This document shows positions 42,563-52,761 of a DNA stretch of 64,000 bases, in pieces. Numbering within the stretch: position 1 is the first letter of the stretch; each line of letters begins with the position of its first letter. Under the pieces are notes generated by a model that worked only from the letters and a program-made list of their open reading frames with translations, made no database searches and was not told the origin of the DNA. A program made the position numbers and the translations under genes. The DNA comes from SAR86 cluster bacterium (GTDB lineage: Bacteria > Pseudomonadota > Gammaproteobacteria > Magnimaribacterales > TMED112), in contig JADHNL010000002.1 of the NCBI GenBank assembly GCA_016779525.1, positions 4,437 to 68,436 on the forward strand, read 5' to 3'.

Positions 42563-43259
42563 ATTTAAGTAATTTATTGGCATGCTCGAAGCTCTTAAAG
42601 ATATATTGTCCGTAAGACATATTCTCTAACTCAATTTCAAAAATCTTCTTACCAATCTTTAGCAGTTGATTCTTTTCATCTGCATTTAGATTTTTAAAGA
42701 TTGCCAAGGTGCTGTTTTTTGACCCTAAGTATTTTAGCCTTGCAATTATTTCCTGACCTCTGTAGCACCCTTTAGTGAATGAAACATATTTTTCCAGACT
42801 GTATCCAAATTCATTTGGTCTATTTTTTAAGGACATATCTTTACTAATATCTATGTCAAAGTGTAAGAGTTTAAGAAGGTCCCAATTTTTTTTGTTAATT
42901 GGAGCGTTTGACATAGAGGTGGTTTTTATAAAATCCACTCCATCATAAATGCCTGAAATATTTTTTTCTTTGATTATGATTTCGCACTTATAGAATTTTG
43001 AATATTTTTCAAGCTCCCACTTTAGAATTTCTGCAACATCCCTTTTGATTATTACTTCTAAAGTTTCATTGTTTATTACAGTTGCATTAGTTATAACAAA
43101 GCCTTTTTCATCACAAAAGAGCACATCTTTGTTTTTGGTTTCCTCTGAGATATCACCTGAAGCTTGCCCTTGGATAAATTCTAAACATCTCTTGCCCCTA
43201 ATTTCCAAGGTACAATAATCATTTAAAGTAAAATAACTTATGTCTAAATTGCTGCTCAT
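42534..43259 (-). CDS. ygfZ: Folate-binding tRNA-modification / Fe-S repair protein YgfZ
   Basis: Start MSSNLDISYFTLNDY. GcvT-like fold and the KGCYRGQEIIARLKYLG signature. Divergent from sdhE as in E. coli. Confidence 0.84.
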   Translation of the reverse strand: MSSNLDISYFTLNDYCTLEIRGKRCLEFIQGQASGDISEETKNKDVLFCDEKGFVITNATVINNETLEVIIKRDVAEILKWELEKYSKFYKCEIIIKEKNISGIYDGVDFIKTTSMSNAPINKKNWDLLKLLHFDIDISKDMSLKNRPNEFGYSLEKYVSFTKGCYRGQEIIARLKYLGSKNSTLAIFKNLNADEKNQLLKIGKKIFEIELENMSYGQYIFKSFEHANKLLKSKLAASQSL

Positions 43260-43473
43260 AAAAAAACTTAATTTTAAAGCAAGAAGAGGAATGAAAGAAA
43301 CCTCTGAAATCTTACACAAGCTATTTGATTCCATTAATGAATTTACCGATAAGGAGTTAAATCAACTTGAATGCCTTCTAGACATAGATGATCAACATTT
43401 ATTTGATTTATTTTTCAAGGAAAAAGAGAAATTTGATGAGGAGTTTTACGATTTAAAAAAATATTTAAAATGA
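43240..43473 (+). CDS. sdhE: FAD assembly factor SdhE (YgfY)
   Basis: 77 aa. The ARRGMKE motif corresponds to the E. coli SdhE CRRGMRELD motif. The ygfZ neighbourhood is conserved. Confidence 0.85.
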   Translation: MSKLLLIKKLNFKARRGMKETSEILHKLFDSINEFTDKELNQLECLLDIDDQHLFDLFFKEKEKFDEEFYDLKKYLK

Positions 43474-43474
43474 A

Positions 43475-43502
43475 TGAACTTAATATAATTTATCGGGTCA
43501 AA
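43475..43502 (+). promoter_or_regulatory. Candidate sigma-E (RpoE/AlgU)-type promoter directly abutting rpoE
   Basis: TGAACTT (43475-43481), a 16 nt spacer, then TCAAA (43498-43502). This matches GGAACTT-N16-TCAAA. Confidence 0.45.
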
Positions 43503-43509
43503 AGTTAAT

Positions 43510-44049
43510 GTGAAAGGACAAAATATTTCAAAACTTGTGGAACTAGCCCAAGCTGGAGATGAGTCAGCTTTTGAAATATTGTTTAAAACTTTTCAAACAA
43601 GATTACATCATTCTTTATTCAAAGTGCTAAGAAACTATCATGAAACCGAAGATATTGTGCAACAGGCTTTTATGAAAGCTTGGGAAAAAATTGGAACTTT
43701 TAAAGGTGAGGCAAATTTTTATACTTGGCTTTATAGAATTGGCTTTAATTTAGCAATAACAAAAATAAATAAATCAAGAGAGAATCAAATAGATAAAAAT
43801 TTTGAGCTAACTCTCAGATCAGATGACAATGTAGTTCAAAATCTCACCGATAGACGCTTAGAAAAAAAAATAATTGGTTTGCTCAATCAGATATCAGAAG
43901 AACAAAGAACAGCATACATTCTATGTGAGATCGATTCTAAAAATTACGAAGAAATTGCGAATATTACTGATGTACCAATTGGCACTGTAAGGTCTAGAAT
44001 CTTTAGAGCAAGACAGTTTTTAATGGAGAATTTAAAAAACGAATTATGA
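43510..44049 (+). CDS. rpoE: ECF RNA polymerase sigma factor sigma-E (RpoE/AlgU)
   Basis: 179 aa with a GTG start. LVELAQAGDESAFEILF, FYTWLYRIGFNLA, VPIGTVRSRIFRARQ align by eye with E. coli RpoE. Confidence 0.93.
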   Translation: MKGQNISKLVELAQAGDESAFEILFKTFQTRLHHSLFKVLRNYHETEDIVQQAFMKAWEKIGTFKGEANFYTWLYRIGFNLAITKINKSRENQIDKNFELTLRSDDNVVQNLTDRRLEKKIIGLLNQISEEQRTAYILCEIDSKNYEEIANITDVPIGTVRSRIFRARQFLMENLKNEL

Positions 44050-44780
44050 GAGATATAACAGATTTTGATTTACAAAGACTATCATCGTTTATCGATGGTG
44101 AAATGAGCAGAGAAGATATCAAGGAACTTGTCTTTGATATGGGAAAAAATCATAAATTAAAAGAGTGCTACTTTAAGATGGTAGAGCTGAGCCATGTTTC
44201 TTCCAACATTAAAACATTAAGTTTTACCCAAAAATTTAGAAGCCTTTCATTTAATTCTCTGCTTAAAGCTTTTTTTGAAAAGCTGGTTGCTCCTGTTGGT
44301 GTTTTTGCAGCAGGCATTGTTATGAGCTATACAATTGTTAATTCTATTGTTTCAGAGAGTAATCAAGATAATGAAACAGCTACTCTTATTGCGCAAGCCA
44401 TTTCTTCATCGGAAGCAAAGCAAACCCTGCAAAACATTCAAAATGAAGAAATCATTCGATTTGCCTCAAGACACTTTTCAAACACTCCAGATGCAAATAT
44501 CCTTCCAGTTAGCTATGCTCCGAATTGGGTGCCTTCTGGTTTTAAATCGGATCCTGCTAGATCAAGCAAATTCATCAATAACACAAAGAGAAAACAATTT
44601 TCTATTTTTGTAACCAGTCCAGAAGCTTTTTCTTTGCCTGATGGCGCATACAGGAAAGAAAATTTTATACTAATTAAAGAAACCCATAATCACAATGGGG
44701 CTACCCATACTCTTGCAGTATTTGGTGATATAGATATTGAATCTGGAAAAAAAATCCTTAATTCTATAGAGATTAAATAA
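44046..44780 (+). CDS. Anti-sigma-E factor: RseA/MucA-like N-terminus and TM, with an RseB/MucB C-terminal-domain-like periplasmic region
   Basis: 244 aa. LSSFIDGEMS RseA_N motif, one TM (VGVFAAGIVMSYTIV), then NWVPSGFKSD...FSIFVTS...LAVFGDIDIESGKKILNSIEI, which resembles E. coli RseB TWLPQGFSEV...FSFSVNV...ITIVGELPPQTAKRIAENIKF. Confidence 0.78.
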   Translation: MRDITDFDLQRLSSFIDGEMSREDIKELVFDMGKNHKLKECYFKMVELSHVSSNIKTLSFTQKFRSLSFNSLLKAFFEKLVAPVGVFAAGIVMSYTIVNSIVSESNQDNETATLIAQAISSSEAKQTLQNIQNEEIIRFASRHFSNTPDANILPVSYAPNWVPSGFKSDPARSSKFINNTKRKQFSIFVTSPEAFSLPDGAYRKENFILIKETHNHNGATHTLAVFGDIDIESGKKILNSIEIK

Positions 44781-44786
44781 AACTCA

Positions 44787-46178
44787 ATGAAAAAAATAAT
44801 TTGTTTCTTTCTGTTGATTTCTTGTACTTTATTTACACAAGATCTCGATTTTTCCAAGCTTGTTAAAGAGCAGAGAAATTCAGTTGTAAATATAGAATCA
44901 ACCAGACGAATTGAAACAAGAATGAGTAGATCTTATGGAGGTTTTCCAGAAGAATTATTTAGAGAATTTGGTTTTCCAATGCCAGATCAAAGAGAGCCAA
45001 GATCACAACAGCGCCAGGCCGTAAGCACAGGATCAGGCTTTGTGATATCAAGTGATGGTTATGTGATTACAAATTTTCATGTAGTTGAGGATGCCGATGA
45101 AGTGGTAGTTAAGTTCTATGACAGAAATGAGTTTAAAGCAGAAATAATTGGCACAGATGAATTAAGTGATATAGCATTGCTAAAAATTAAAAGTGATGAA
45201 TTAATTCCAGTTAACCTGGGAAACTCAGATATAGTTGAGCAGGGGGATGGAGTAATAGCAATTGGATCACCTTACAACTATGACTTTAGTGTTACTTTTG
45301 GAATTATAAGCGCTAAGGGACGTGGCATCACGTCAGGGAGAGGGATAGGTGACTATGTGCCATACTTGCAGACTGATGCAGCTGTAAATAGAGGAAATTC
45401 AGGAGGCCCACTATTCAATCTTAATGGTGAGGTAATAGGTATAAATTCACAGATTTACTCAAGGTCAGGTGGAAATGAAGGCCTAGCATTTGCCATACCA
45501 ATTAATGTTGCCTTAGAAGTTATAGACCAACTTAAAGAGAGTGGACAAGTATCGCGAGGTTATCTTGGAGTGCAAGGTGGTGAGGTTTCAAGTGATCTTG
45601 CTACAGCTCTTGGAATGGATAAACCTTATGGCGCTTTGGTAAGGTCTGTAGTTGAGGGTGAGGCTGCAGAGTCAAGTGGAATCCTGCCTGGTGACGTTAT
45701 TGTTGAAATTGATAGCACGGAAATAATCTATTTTAAGGATCTCCAACATAATATTGGTAGAACTAGACCTGGATCTGAAGTAGACGCAAAAGTATTCAGA
45801 GGAGGAAAGTACATAAATGTTAATATTACTGTTGGTGAGTTACCTATAGTTCAAGAAATAAATGAAGCGAAAGAAGAGCCAAAAGATCCAGATTATCCAC
45901 TTGGTATGAGTCTCAGAGAAGTTAACCCAAACAGTAGAGCTCCAAATGATCCTGAATTTGGCTTAAGAGTAGTAAGAGTTTTTTCTAACTCTCCTGCTTT
46001 CGGCCAAATTTTTGAGGGCGACGTAATAACTAAAATCACCTTTAAAAATAAATCTTTTGAAATCACAACTTTAGATAGTTTTGTTAAAACACTTGAATCG
46101 TTTGATACAGGCGACATAATTCTTATAATTGGTACCCGCAATGGAGCCAATTTATTTGAGCCTGTAGAAATTGAGTAA
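44787..46178 (+). CDS. degP: Periplasmic serine endoprotease DegP/MucD (HtrA family)
   Basis: 463 aa. Signal peptide, His/Asp/Ser triad (TNFHVV, DIALLK, GNSGGPL), two PDZ domains. Confidence 0.93.
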   Translation: MKKIICFFLLISCTLFTQDLDFSKLVKEQRNSVVNIESTRRIETRMSRSYGGFPEELFREFGFPMPDQREPRSQQRQAVSTGSGFVISSDGYVITNFHVVEDADEVVVKFYDRNEFKAEIIGTDELSDIALLKIKSDELIPVNLGNSDIVEQGDGVIAIGSPYNYDFSVTFGIISAKGRGITSGRGIGDYVPYLQTDAAVNRGNSGGPLFNLNGEVIGINSQIYSRSGGNEGLAFAIPINVALEVIDQLKESGQVSRGYLGVQGGEVSSDLATALGMDKPYGALVRSVVEGEAAESSGILPGDVIVEIDSTEIIYFKDLQHNIGRTRPGSEVDAKVFRGGKYINVNITVGELPIVQEINEAKEEPKDPDYPLGMSLREVNPNSRAPNDPEFGLRVVRVFSNSPAFGQIFEGDVITKITFKNKSFEITTLDSFVKTLESFDTGDIILIIGTRNGANLFEPVEIE

Positions 46179-47961
46179 TACAAGAAACTTTTCAATCATC
46201 GCCCATATTGATCATGGAAAGTCAACTTTATCGGATAGAATCATTGAATTTTGTGGTGGGCTTAGCAAGAGAGAGATGAAATCTCAAGTCTTAGATACAC
46301 TTGAGCTTGAAAGAGAAAGGGGTATCACTATTAAGGCTCAGTCGGTTTCACTGACATATAAAAATAGCACTGGAGAATACAATTTTAATCTAATTGATAC
46401 ACCAGGACATGTTGATTTTTCTTATGAGGTTTCACGTTCTCTTGCTGCTTGCGAGGGTGCCTTATTAGTTGTTGACGGTTCTCAGGGAGTAGAGGCACAA
46501 ACTCTTTCAACTTGCTACAAGGCCATTGATTTAGGATTAGATGTTATTCCAGTTATAAATAAAATTGACCTACCACAAGCAGACCCAGACAGAGTAAAAA
46601 GAGAGATAGAAGAAATCATTGGTATAGATGCATCAGATGCAATCTGTGTAAGTGCTAAAGATGGTACGGGTTTAACTGATCTTCTGGATCTTGTTGTTAA
46701 GGACATTCCTCCACCCAAAGACAAAAGTGATGATCCATTGCAGGCGTTAATAATAGATTCATGGTACGATAATTTTCTTGGAGTAGTTTCGCTGATCAGG
46801 GTGTTTAGCGGGAGCTTAAAAAGAGGAGAAAAATTTATTGTTAAATCGACTGGACAAACGTTTACAGCCGATACCCTAGGAATATTTACTCCGAAAAAGA
46901 GCGAGAAACAGCAGCTAAGTTCAGGCCAAGTTGGTTTTTTAGTTGCAAATGTTAAGGAATTAAAATCTGTTCCAGTTGGCGATACAGTTATTTCAGCGAA
47001 GCTTCCTGAAACAAAAGCCCTTGATGGATTTGAAAAAGTGCAGCCCCAAGTCTTTGCCTCCTTTTATCCTATCGATTCAAATGAGTATCAGGCCTTTAGA
47101 GAGGCATTACAAAAACTTAGCCTTAATGATTCATCAATTGTGTTTGAGCCGGAGAATTCAGAGATTCTTGGCAGCGGTTTTAGATGTGGTTTTTTAGGTA
47201 CACTTCATATGGAAGTAATCAAAGAGAGACTAGAAAGAGAGTACGGATTAAGCCTCATTACAACAGCTCCAAGTGTAGCCTATGAAATATCGAAAACAAA
47301 CGGAGAGGAGTTAGTGATATCTTCTCCTTCACAGCTGCCAACAACAAATGAAATAAATGAAATAAGAGAACCCATGATTAAATCAACTGTATTGTGCCCA
47401 GATAAGTACGTTGGAGACGTAATTGAGCTAGCTATGTCAAAAAGAGGAATCCAGAAGGATCTTCAATATTTGGGCGGACAGGTATCATTAACTTTCGATA
47501 TGCCACTTTCAGAAATAGTTATGGATTTCTTTGACATATTAAAGTCGAAAAGCCAAGGATATGCATCAGTTGATTTTGTATTTGATCGATATCAACACTC
47601 AGATCTAGTAAAAGTTGACGTTGCCATAAATGGTCTTGTAGTCGATTCTTTATCGGCCATTATGCATAGAAGCGATGCTCAAAGAAGAGGCAGAGAAATT
47701 GCCAAGCGATTAAAGGACGTTATTCCTAGACAAATGTTTGAGATTCCAATACAAATAATGTTAGGCAGTAAAATTATTGCTAGGGAGAGTGTTAAAGCTT
47801 TTAGAAAAAATGTTACTGCAAAACTATATGGTGGAGATGTCACCAGAAAAAAGAAATTGCTTGAAAAGCAAAAAGCAGGAAAGAAAAAAATGAAGCAGAT
47901 CGGAAAAGTGGCACTGCCACAAGAAGCTTTTTTAAGCTTTTTATCTAACGAGAAAAAGTAG
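46171..47961 (+). CDS. lepA: Elongation factor 4
   Basis: 596 aa with a TTG start overlapping the degP stop. [24 protein letters not shown], LepA C-terminal domain. Confidence 0.98.
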   Translation: MSNTRNFSIIAHIDHGKSTLSDRIIEFCGGLSKREMKSQVLDTLELERERGITIKAQSVSLTYKNSTGEYNFNLIDTPGHVDFSYEVSRSLAACEGALLVVDGSQGVEAQTLSTCYKAIDLGLDVIPVINKIDLPQADPDRVKREIEEIIGIDASDAICVSAKDGTGLTDLLDLVVKDIPPPKDKSDDPLQALIIDSWYDNFLGVVSLIRVFSGSLKRGEKFIVKSTGQTFTADTLGIFTPKKSEKQQLSSGQVGFLVANVKELKSVPVGDTVISAKLPETKALDGFEKVQPQVFASFYPIDSNEYQAFREALQKLSLNDSSIVFEPENSEILGSGFRCGFLGTLHMEVIKERLEREYGLSLITTAPSVAYEISKTNGEELVISSPSQLPTTNEINEIREPMIKSTVLCPDKYVGDVIELAMSKRGIQKDLQYLGGQVSLTFDMPLSEIVMDFFDILKSKSQGYASVDFVFDRYQHSDLVKVDVAINGLVVDSLSAIMHRSDAQRRGREIAKRLKDVIPRQMFEIPIQIMLGSKIIARESVKAFRKNVTAKLYGGDVTRKKKLLEKQKAGKKKMKQIGKVALPQEAFLSFLSNEKK

Positions 47962-47963
47962 TT

Positions 47964-48872
47964 ATGTTAGAGGTATTTTTTTCACTGATTACGCCCTTGG
48001 CAAATATCTTCTGGTTTAGCCTTTTAAATTTAGCGATGTGTCTTATTTCAATTCATTGGATTTATGTTCGAAATCAAACCGGTGAGAATCCAAAGCAGCA
48101 CAGAGCCTTACAATCTTTTGGGCTTGTTCTAGCTCTCCTTGCTGTTGGGATCCTTTGGATAAAGCAATGGAACATTGGTGATTTGCTTGCCTTTTATACA
48201 GTTTTTTCGGGTGTTGTTTATTTATGCACTCTAAACCTAGATAAAAATGTTTCAAAAGAAGCAAGAGGTTGGTTTTTGTCGATATTGTTTGTATTTATTA
48301 TACGAGGTTATATTTATGAGCCATGGCAAATACCATCTAGCTCAATGAAACCCAACCTTGAGATTGGTGATTTTGTTTTGGTAAACAGAAATGCGTATGG
48401 ATTGGAAATCCCATTTACAGGCAGAGCAAAAATTTTATCTCGATCACCAGAAATTGGAGAAATTGTAGTTTTCTTCCCGCCTCATAAGCCAACAACACCA
48501 TTTGTAAAAAGAGTGATCGCAAAAGGCGGAGACAAAGTTACTTATGCAAATAAAAAGTACTTTGTTAATGGCAATGAACTTGAGGCAAGTTTCTTTTCTG
48601 AGGATATTTCAGGTGGCAATCTTTTTTACGAGAAAAACAGAAACCTTAGCTATGTCATAAGAAAAATAGGCTCTAGACCTGCTATAAATGGATCATGGGA
48701 AATACCAGAAGGCAGTTTTTTTGTATCAGGGGATAATAGGGATAATTCAAGCGATAGTCGCGAATGGGGATACATCACAGAAGATGTCATATGGGGCAGA
48801 GCAGACTTTATTTGGATGTCTTGGCCTCAAGGCAACTTTCCTAATTTTTCCAGAGTGGGCAGGGTTGAGTAA
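47964..48872 (+). CDS. lepB: Signal peptidase I
   Basis: 302 aa. PSSSMKPNL (catalytic Ser), KRVIAKGGD (Lys), GDNRDNSSDSREWG boxes. Confidence 0.93.
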   Translation: MLEVFFSLITPLANIFWFSLLNLAMCLISIHWIYVRNQTGENPKQHRALQSFGLVLALLAVGILWIKQWNIGDLLAFYTVFSGVVYLCTLNLDKNVSKEARGWFLSILFVFIIRGYIYEPWQIPSSSMKPNLEIGDFVLVNRNAYGLEIPFTGRAKILSRSPEIGEIVVFFPPHKPTTPFVKRVIAKGGDKVTYANKKYFVNGNELEASFFSEDISGGNLFYEKNRNLSYVIRKIGSRPAINGSWEIPEGSFFVSGDNRDNSSDSREWGYITEDVIWGRADFIWMSWPQGNFPNFSRVGRVE

Positions 48873-48881
48873 GATTAAATC

Positions 48882-49763
48882 ATGAAATGTGGGTTTGTGA
48901 CAATTATTGGTAAAACCAATGTTGGCAAATCTACATTTTTAAATACATTCATCGGCAAGAAGGTCTCAATAACTTCAAGAAAATCACAAACAACCAGATC
49001 GAATATTTATGCTGTAAAAACTACTGACAGCCTTCAAGCAATATTCATTGATACTCCTGGCATTCACCAAAGAACTGAAAAAGCTATTAATAAAGTACTA
49101 AGAAAAAAACCTCTGGAAGCTATTAATGATATTGATGTGATTCTTTATATGGTATCTGGCACAAAGTTTGATCAAGTAGATCAAGATGCCCTAAACCTAA
49201 TAAAAAACTCTACTGCAAAAAAGATTTTATTGATAAATAAAATTGATTTAGTCGCAGACAAGTCAGTTCTATTTGAATTTGTTAGAAACCTTGAAGAAAA
49301 AAATCTCTTTGAATCTATCATCCCAATTTCTTCAGAAAAGGAGCTAGGGTTTGATATTGTTTTAGATGAGCTTGGAAAAGTATTACCTGAAAATGACCTA
49401 TTTTATCCACCTGAGGGGTTTGATTTTCAGAGCATTAATTTCGAAATCAGTGAATTAATTAGAGAAAAAGTTATTCGGTTTCTTGGTGATGAGCTTCCCT
49501 ATGAAACTGCTATCTTCCTTGAAGGAGTAAGCGACTCAAAATCGCACTTAGACATTAATGCTTTAATTTATGTAGCAAAACAAAGTCAAAAAAAGATAGT
49601 CATAGGAGCAGATGGGTCAAAGATTAAACAAATTGGGACTAATGCAAGGAAAGAATTAGAGAATCATTTGGGTCGAAAAGTTAACCTAACCTTGTGGTGT
49701 AAAGTTAAGAAAAACTGGCTTGATAACCCCATCACACTAGAGAGCTTGGGTATAAAGAACTAA
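48882..49763 (+). CDS. era: GTPase Era
   Basis: 293 aa. GKTNVGKST, DTPG, NKID G-motifs and a C-terminal KH domain. Confidence 0.96.
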   Translation: MKCGFVTIIGKTNVGKSTFLNTFIGKKVSITSRKSQTTRSNIYAVKTTDSLQAIFIDTPGIHQRTEKAINKVLRKKPLEAINDIDVILYMVSGTKFDQVDQDALNLIKNSTAKKILLINKIDLVADKSVLFEFVRNLEEKNLFESIIPISSEKELGFDIVLDELGKVLPENDLFYPPEGFDFQSINFEISELIREKVIRFLGDELPYETAIFLEGVSDSKSHLDINALIYVAKQSQKKIVIGADGSKIKQIGTNARKELENHLGRKVNLTLWCKVKKNWLDNPITLESLGIKN

Positions 49764-50440
49764 TGATTAGCAATCTACAAGAGGCCTATGTTATCCATGC
49801 TAAAGCCTACAAAGAAACAAGCATGCTAGTAACTTTTTTTACTAGAAATGACGGAAAGATAAGTGCAATCGCCAAAGGAGCAAAGAGGCCAAAATCTAAA
49901 TTTTCAGGAACACTTGAACCATTTAAGAAAATTTCCATTGACTACAGCGGCAGAACATCTTTAAAAACGCTTAAAAGTAGTGAATGCATTGACTCATTCA
50001 AAGAGTTTTGTACTAGAAAAAATTTATATTCTGCCTTTTATGTGAATGAGCTTATTAATTGCATGGTAAAGTCAAATGAAGATCCAACAGAAATATTTAA
50101 CCTTTATGAGAAATGCATAAATCAACTGTATGACGATAGTGACACAAATACGGTATTGCGCAACTTTGAGCTTAATATGATGAAAGTATTAGGCTATGAA
50201 ATAAATTTTCAATCTGACTACAAGAGCGGAGAGGCGTTGGATGCTGATTCATTTTATACTTATGCCCCTCAAATGGGCTTCACTGTTTCAGATAGCGGGT
50301 ACGGCGGAGAACAATTAATTGAAATTAGAGAAAAAAAATTTAGTAAAAAAAATTTGGAATTAGCGAAACAAATAATTAAACAGACTTTAGACTTTTATTT
50401 TGAAGAGCTAAATATTAATAGCAGAAGTTTTTTTAGATGA
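49763..50440 (+). CDS. recO: DNA repair protein RecO
   Basis: 225 aa. OB-fold N-terminus (AYVIHAKAYKETSMLVTFFTRNDGKI). era-recO synteny. Confidence 0.87.
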   Translation: MISNLQEAYVIHAKAYKETSMLVTFFTRNDGKISAIAKGAKRPKSKFSGTLEPFKKISIDYSGRTSLKTLKSSECIDSFKEFCTRKNLYSAFYVNELINCMVKSNEDPTEIFNLYEKCINQLYDDSDTNTVLRNFELNMMKVLGYEINFQSDYKSGEALDADSFYTYAPQMGFTVSDSGYGGEQLIEIREKKFSKKNLELAKQIIKQTLDFYFEELNINSRSFFR

Positions 50441-50793
50441 TAAAGGGAATAGGGGCAGATTTAGTTGAACGCTCTAGAGTTGCAGCGCTGTTATCAAAGT
50501 ATGGCCAGAAGTTCTTAAACAAAATCTTGTCAAAAGATGAAATTTTTCATATTGGAAAATGCAGTAATGAGGACAGGTTAAATTTCATTTGTTCTTCATT
50601 TGCAGCTAAGGAAGCTTTTGTAAAGGCATTAGGCACTGGTTTTAGAGGTATTTATCCAAACCAAATTACATATCTGAAAAACGATAAGGGTAAGCCCTCC
50701 CTTAAAATTGAAAATCCCACAAATTACTCTATTCATCTATCAATATCTAATGCCGGTGGATATACTTTGTCTTTTATAGTTCTTGAAGAATGA
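50437..50793 (+). CDS. acpS: Holo-[acyl-carrier-protein] synthase
   Basis: 118 aa. GIGADLVE, FAAKEAFVKALG, SISNAGGY motifs. Confidence 0.9.
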   Translation: MIKGIGADLVERSRVAALLSKYGQKFLNKILSKDEIFHIGKCSNEDRLNFICSSFAAKEAFVKALGTGFRGIYPNQITYLKNDKGKPSLKIENPTNYSIHLSISNAGGYTLSFIVLEE

Positions 50794-51422
50794 GAATAAT
50801 ACTTTTAGGAATGCCGGGTGCTGGAAAGGGCACACAAGCTCAAATAATTGAGGAAGAACTTGCTATTGCAAATGTTTCAACTGGCGCAATTCTTAGGGAG
50901 GTTAGTAAATCTAAATCTGAACTTGGCCAGAAAGTTCAAATATATTTAAACTCTGGACAACTTGTACCAGATGAAATAATTATTGAAATGTTGGTCGAAA
51001 GAATATCTAAAGATGATTGTAATAATGGTTTCATACTTGATGGTTTCCCAAGAAATATTGAACAGGCAAAGTCATTGGATCAAGCTGGAGTCAGCATAGA
51101 TTTAGTAATTTACTTAAAGATTCTTGAAGAACAAATTATTGATCGCATGTCTGGCAGAAGAATACATTTACCTTCAGGACGCTCATATCATATTACTTTC
51201 AATCCACCAAAAGTTGATGGAAAAGATGATCTGACTGGAGAAGATCTAATTCATAGATCTGATGATGAACCCGAGGTAATTAAAAAGAGGTTAGAGGTAT
51301 ATTTTAATGAGACAGAACCAATGTTAGATTTCTATAATAATAAAGATATAAAATTTTATGAAATTGATGCATCAGAACCTGTGAAGACCGTTACAGAAAA
51401 AATATTCAAAATCATAAATTGA
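50790..51422 (+). CDS. adk: Adenylate kinase
   Basis: 210 aa. GMPGAGKGTQA P-loop, GFILDGFPRN, LID domain without Cys4. Confidence 0.96.
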   Translation: MRIILLGMPGAGKGTQAQIIEEELAIANVSTGAILREVSKSKSELGQKVQIYLNSGQLVPDEIIIEMLVERISKDDCNNGFILDGFPRNIEQAKSLDQAGVSIDLVIYLKILEEQIIDRMSGRRIHLPSGRSYHITFNPPKVDGKDDLTGEDLIHRSDDEPEVIKKRLEVYFNETEPMLDFYNNKDIKFYEIDASEPVKTVTEKIFKIIN

Positions 51423-51997
51423 ACCTTCTAGCATTAGACCTTACAAACGATATTCATTACGTTGCAGTTAAATTTTCTGAAAGAGAATATACTTTTGAGT
51501 TTTCAGAGAACAACAGATCGCAAAGGAACGATTGGGACGGAAAAATTGATGAAATCTATGACAAAATTCCAAATTTTGATCTAAAAAAAATTGCTGCAAA
51601 CATTTATGCTTCAGGCCCTGGTTCATACACAGGTGCAAGGCTGGCATATACTTTTTTTAGCACCCTTGAGTACATCCATAATATTCCTTTTTATGCAGTT
51701 TCAAACCTTGAGGCTATGGGTATTGAAAGCGTTGATGCCATGCCTTTTCTTGCAAACAATAACAAAGATTTTTTCTTTAGAATCAATGAAGAAGACAAGC
51801 ACACTAATAATTTTAAGGATATACAGGTTTTGGGAAAAAAGCTTATCGGTTTTGAGCAGAACAAGGATTTGGTTGATATAGTTATACCCAAAAATGTAGT
51901 TGTAAAAAATATTCTTGAGATTTTTGTAAAACAAAATTTAGCAAATAAAGAAAAATACCCCAATTACATTAAGGAATTAGCTTATAAGAAGTTGTGA
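51419..51997 (+). CDS. tsaB: tRNA t6A37 threonylcarbamoyl-transfer protein TsaB (YeaZ), short form
   Basis: 192 aa with a TTG start. LALDLTND N-terminus, SGPGSYTGARLAYTF motif. Confidence 0.78.
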   Translation: MNLLALDLTNDIHYVAVKFSEREYTFEFSENNRSQRNDWDGKIDEIYDKIPNFDLKKIAANIYASGPGSYTGARLAYTFFSTLEYIHNIPFYAVSNLEAMGIESVDAMPFLANNNKDFFFRINEEDKHTNNFKDIQVLGKKLIGFEQNKDLVDIVIPKNVVVKNILEIFVKQNLANKEKYPNYIKELAYKKL

Positions 51998-52761
51998 TGG
52001 AAGATTTAACATTAATCCAGATAATAATCTTGTCGATAATTCAAGCTCTTACCGAGTTTCTGCCCATATCAAGTTCTGCACATTTGCTCTTGCCCAGCAA
52101 ATTGCTAGGATGGCCAGATCAGGGCCTTTTCTTTGATATTGCAGTTCATTTTGGCAGCCTTTTTGCTGTATTGATTTATTTTTGGAAAGAACTCACAAAT
52201 ATTAAGTTTTATACCTCAAAGTTGTTCTTTTTGATTGTTATAGCTACCGTTCCGTTGGTATTGGCAACATTGTTTATTGATGAACTGGGCAGCTACAGGT
52301 GGTCAATTCAAACCATAGCTATATCTAACTTGATTTTTGCTGTACTTTTGTATTTGAGTACCATTGTTGGCAAAAATACAAGGCCTAATAAAGATATGAC
52401 TATCCTGCACGCATTGGGTATTGGTGTTTGGCAAATATTTAGTGCTATTTCTGGAGCATCGAGGTCTGGAACGGCTATTACTGGAGCATTATTTTTTGGC
52501 TATAGAAGAGAGGATGCAGCTAAATTTTCAATTTTACTTTCTATTCCCACAATAATGGGTGCCCTTGTTTTTATTATATCAAAAAATAGTAATTTAACGG
52601 AAGATAGATATATTTTAGACGCATTTATACCATTTTTAACAACATTTATAGTATCCTATTTTTGTATAAAGTGGTTTATTTCATTCGTTAAACAAGTTGG
52701 TTATCTGCCATTTATAATTTACAGGGTTGTTTTGGGAGGATTGCTTTTGTGGCTGATATAA
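51994..52761 (+). CDS. uppP: Undecaprenyl-diphosphate phosphatase
   Basis: 255 aa (GTG 51994 or ATG 51997). QALTEFLPISSSAHL, SGASRSGTAITG motifs. Confidence 0.93.
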   Translation: MMEDLTLIQIIILSIIQALTEFLPISSSAHLLLPSKLLGWPDQGLFFDIAVHFGSLFAVLIYFWKELTNIKFYTSKLFFLIVIATVPLVLATLFIDELGSYRWSIQTIAISNLIFAVLLYLSTIVGKNTRPNKDMTILHALGIGVWQIFSAISGASRSGTAITGALFFGYRREDAAKFSILLSIPTIMGALVFIISKNSNLTEDRYILDAFIPFLTTFIVSYFCIKWFISFVKQVGYLPFIIYRVVLGGLLLWLI

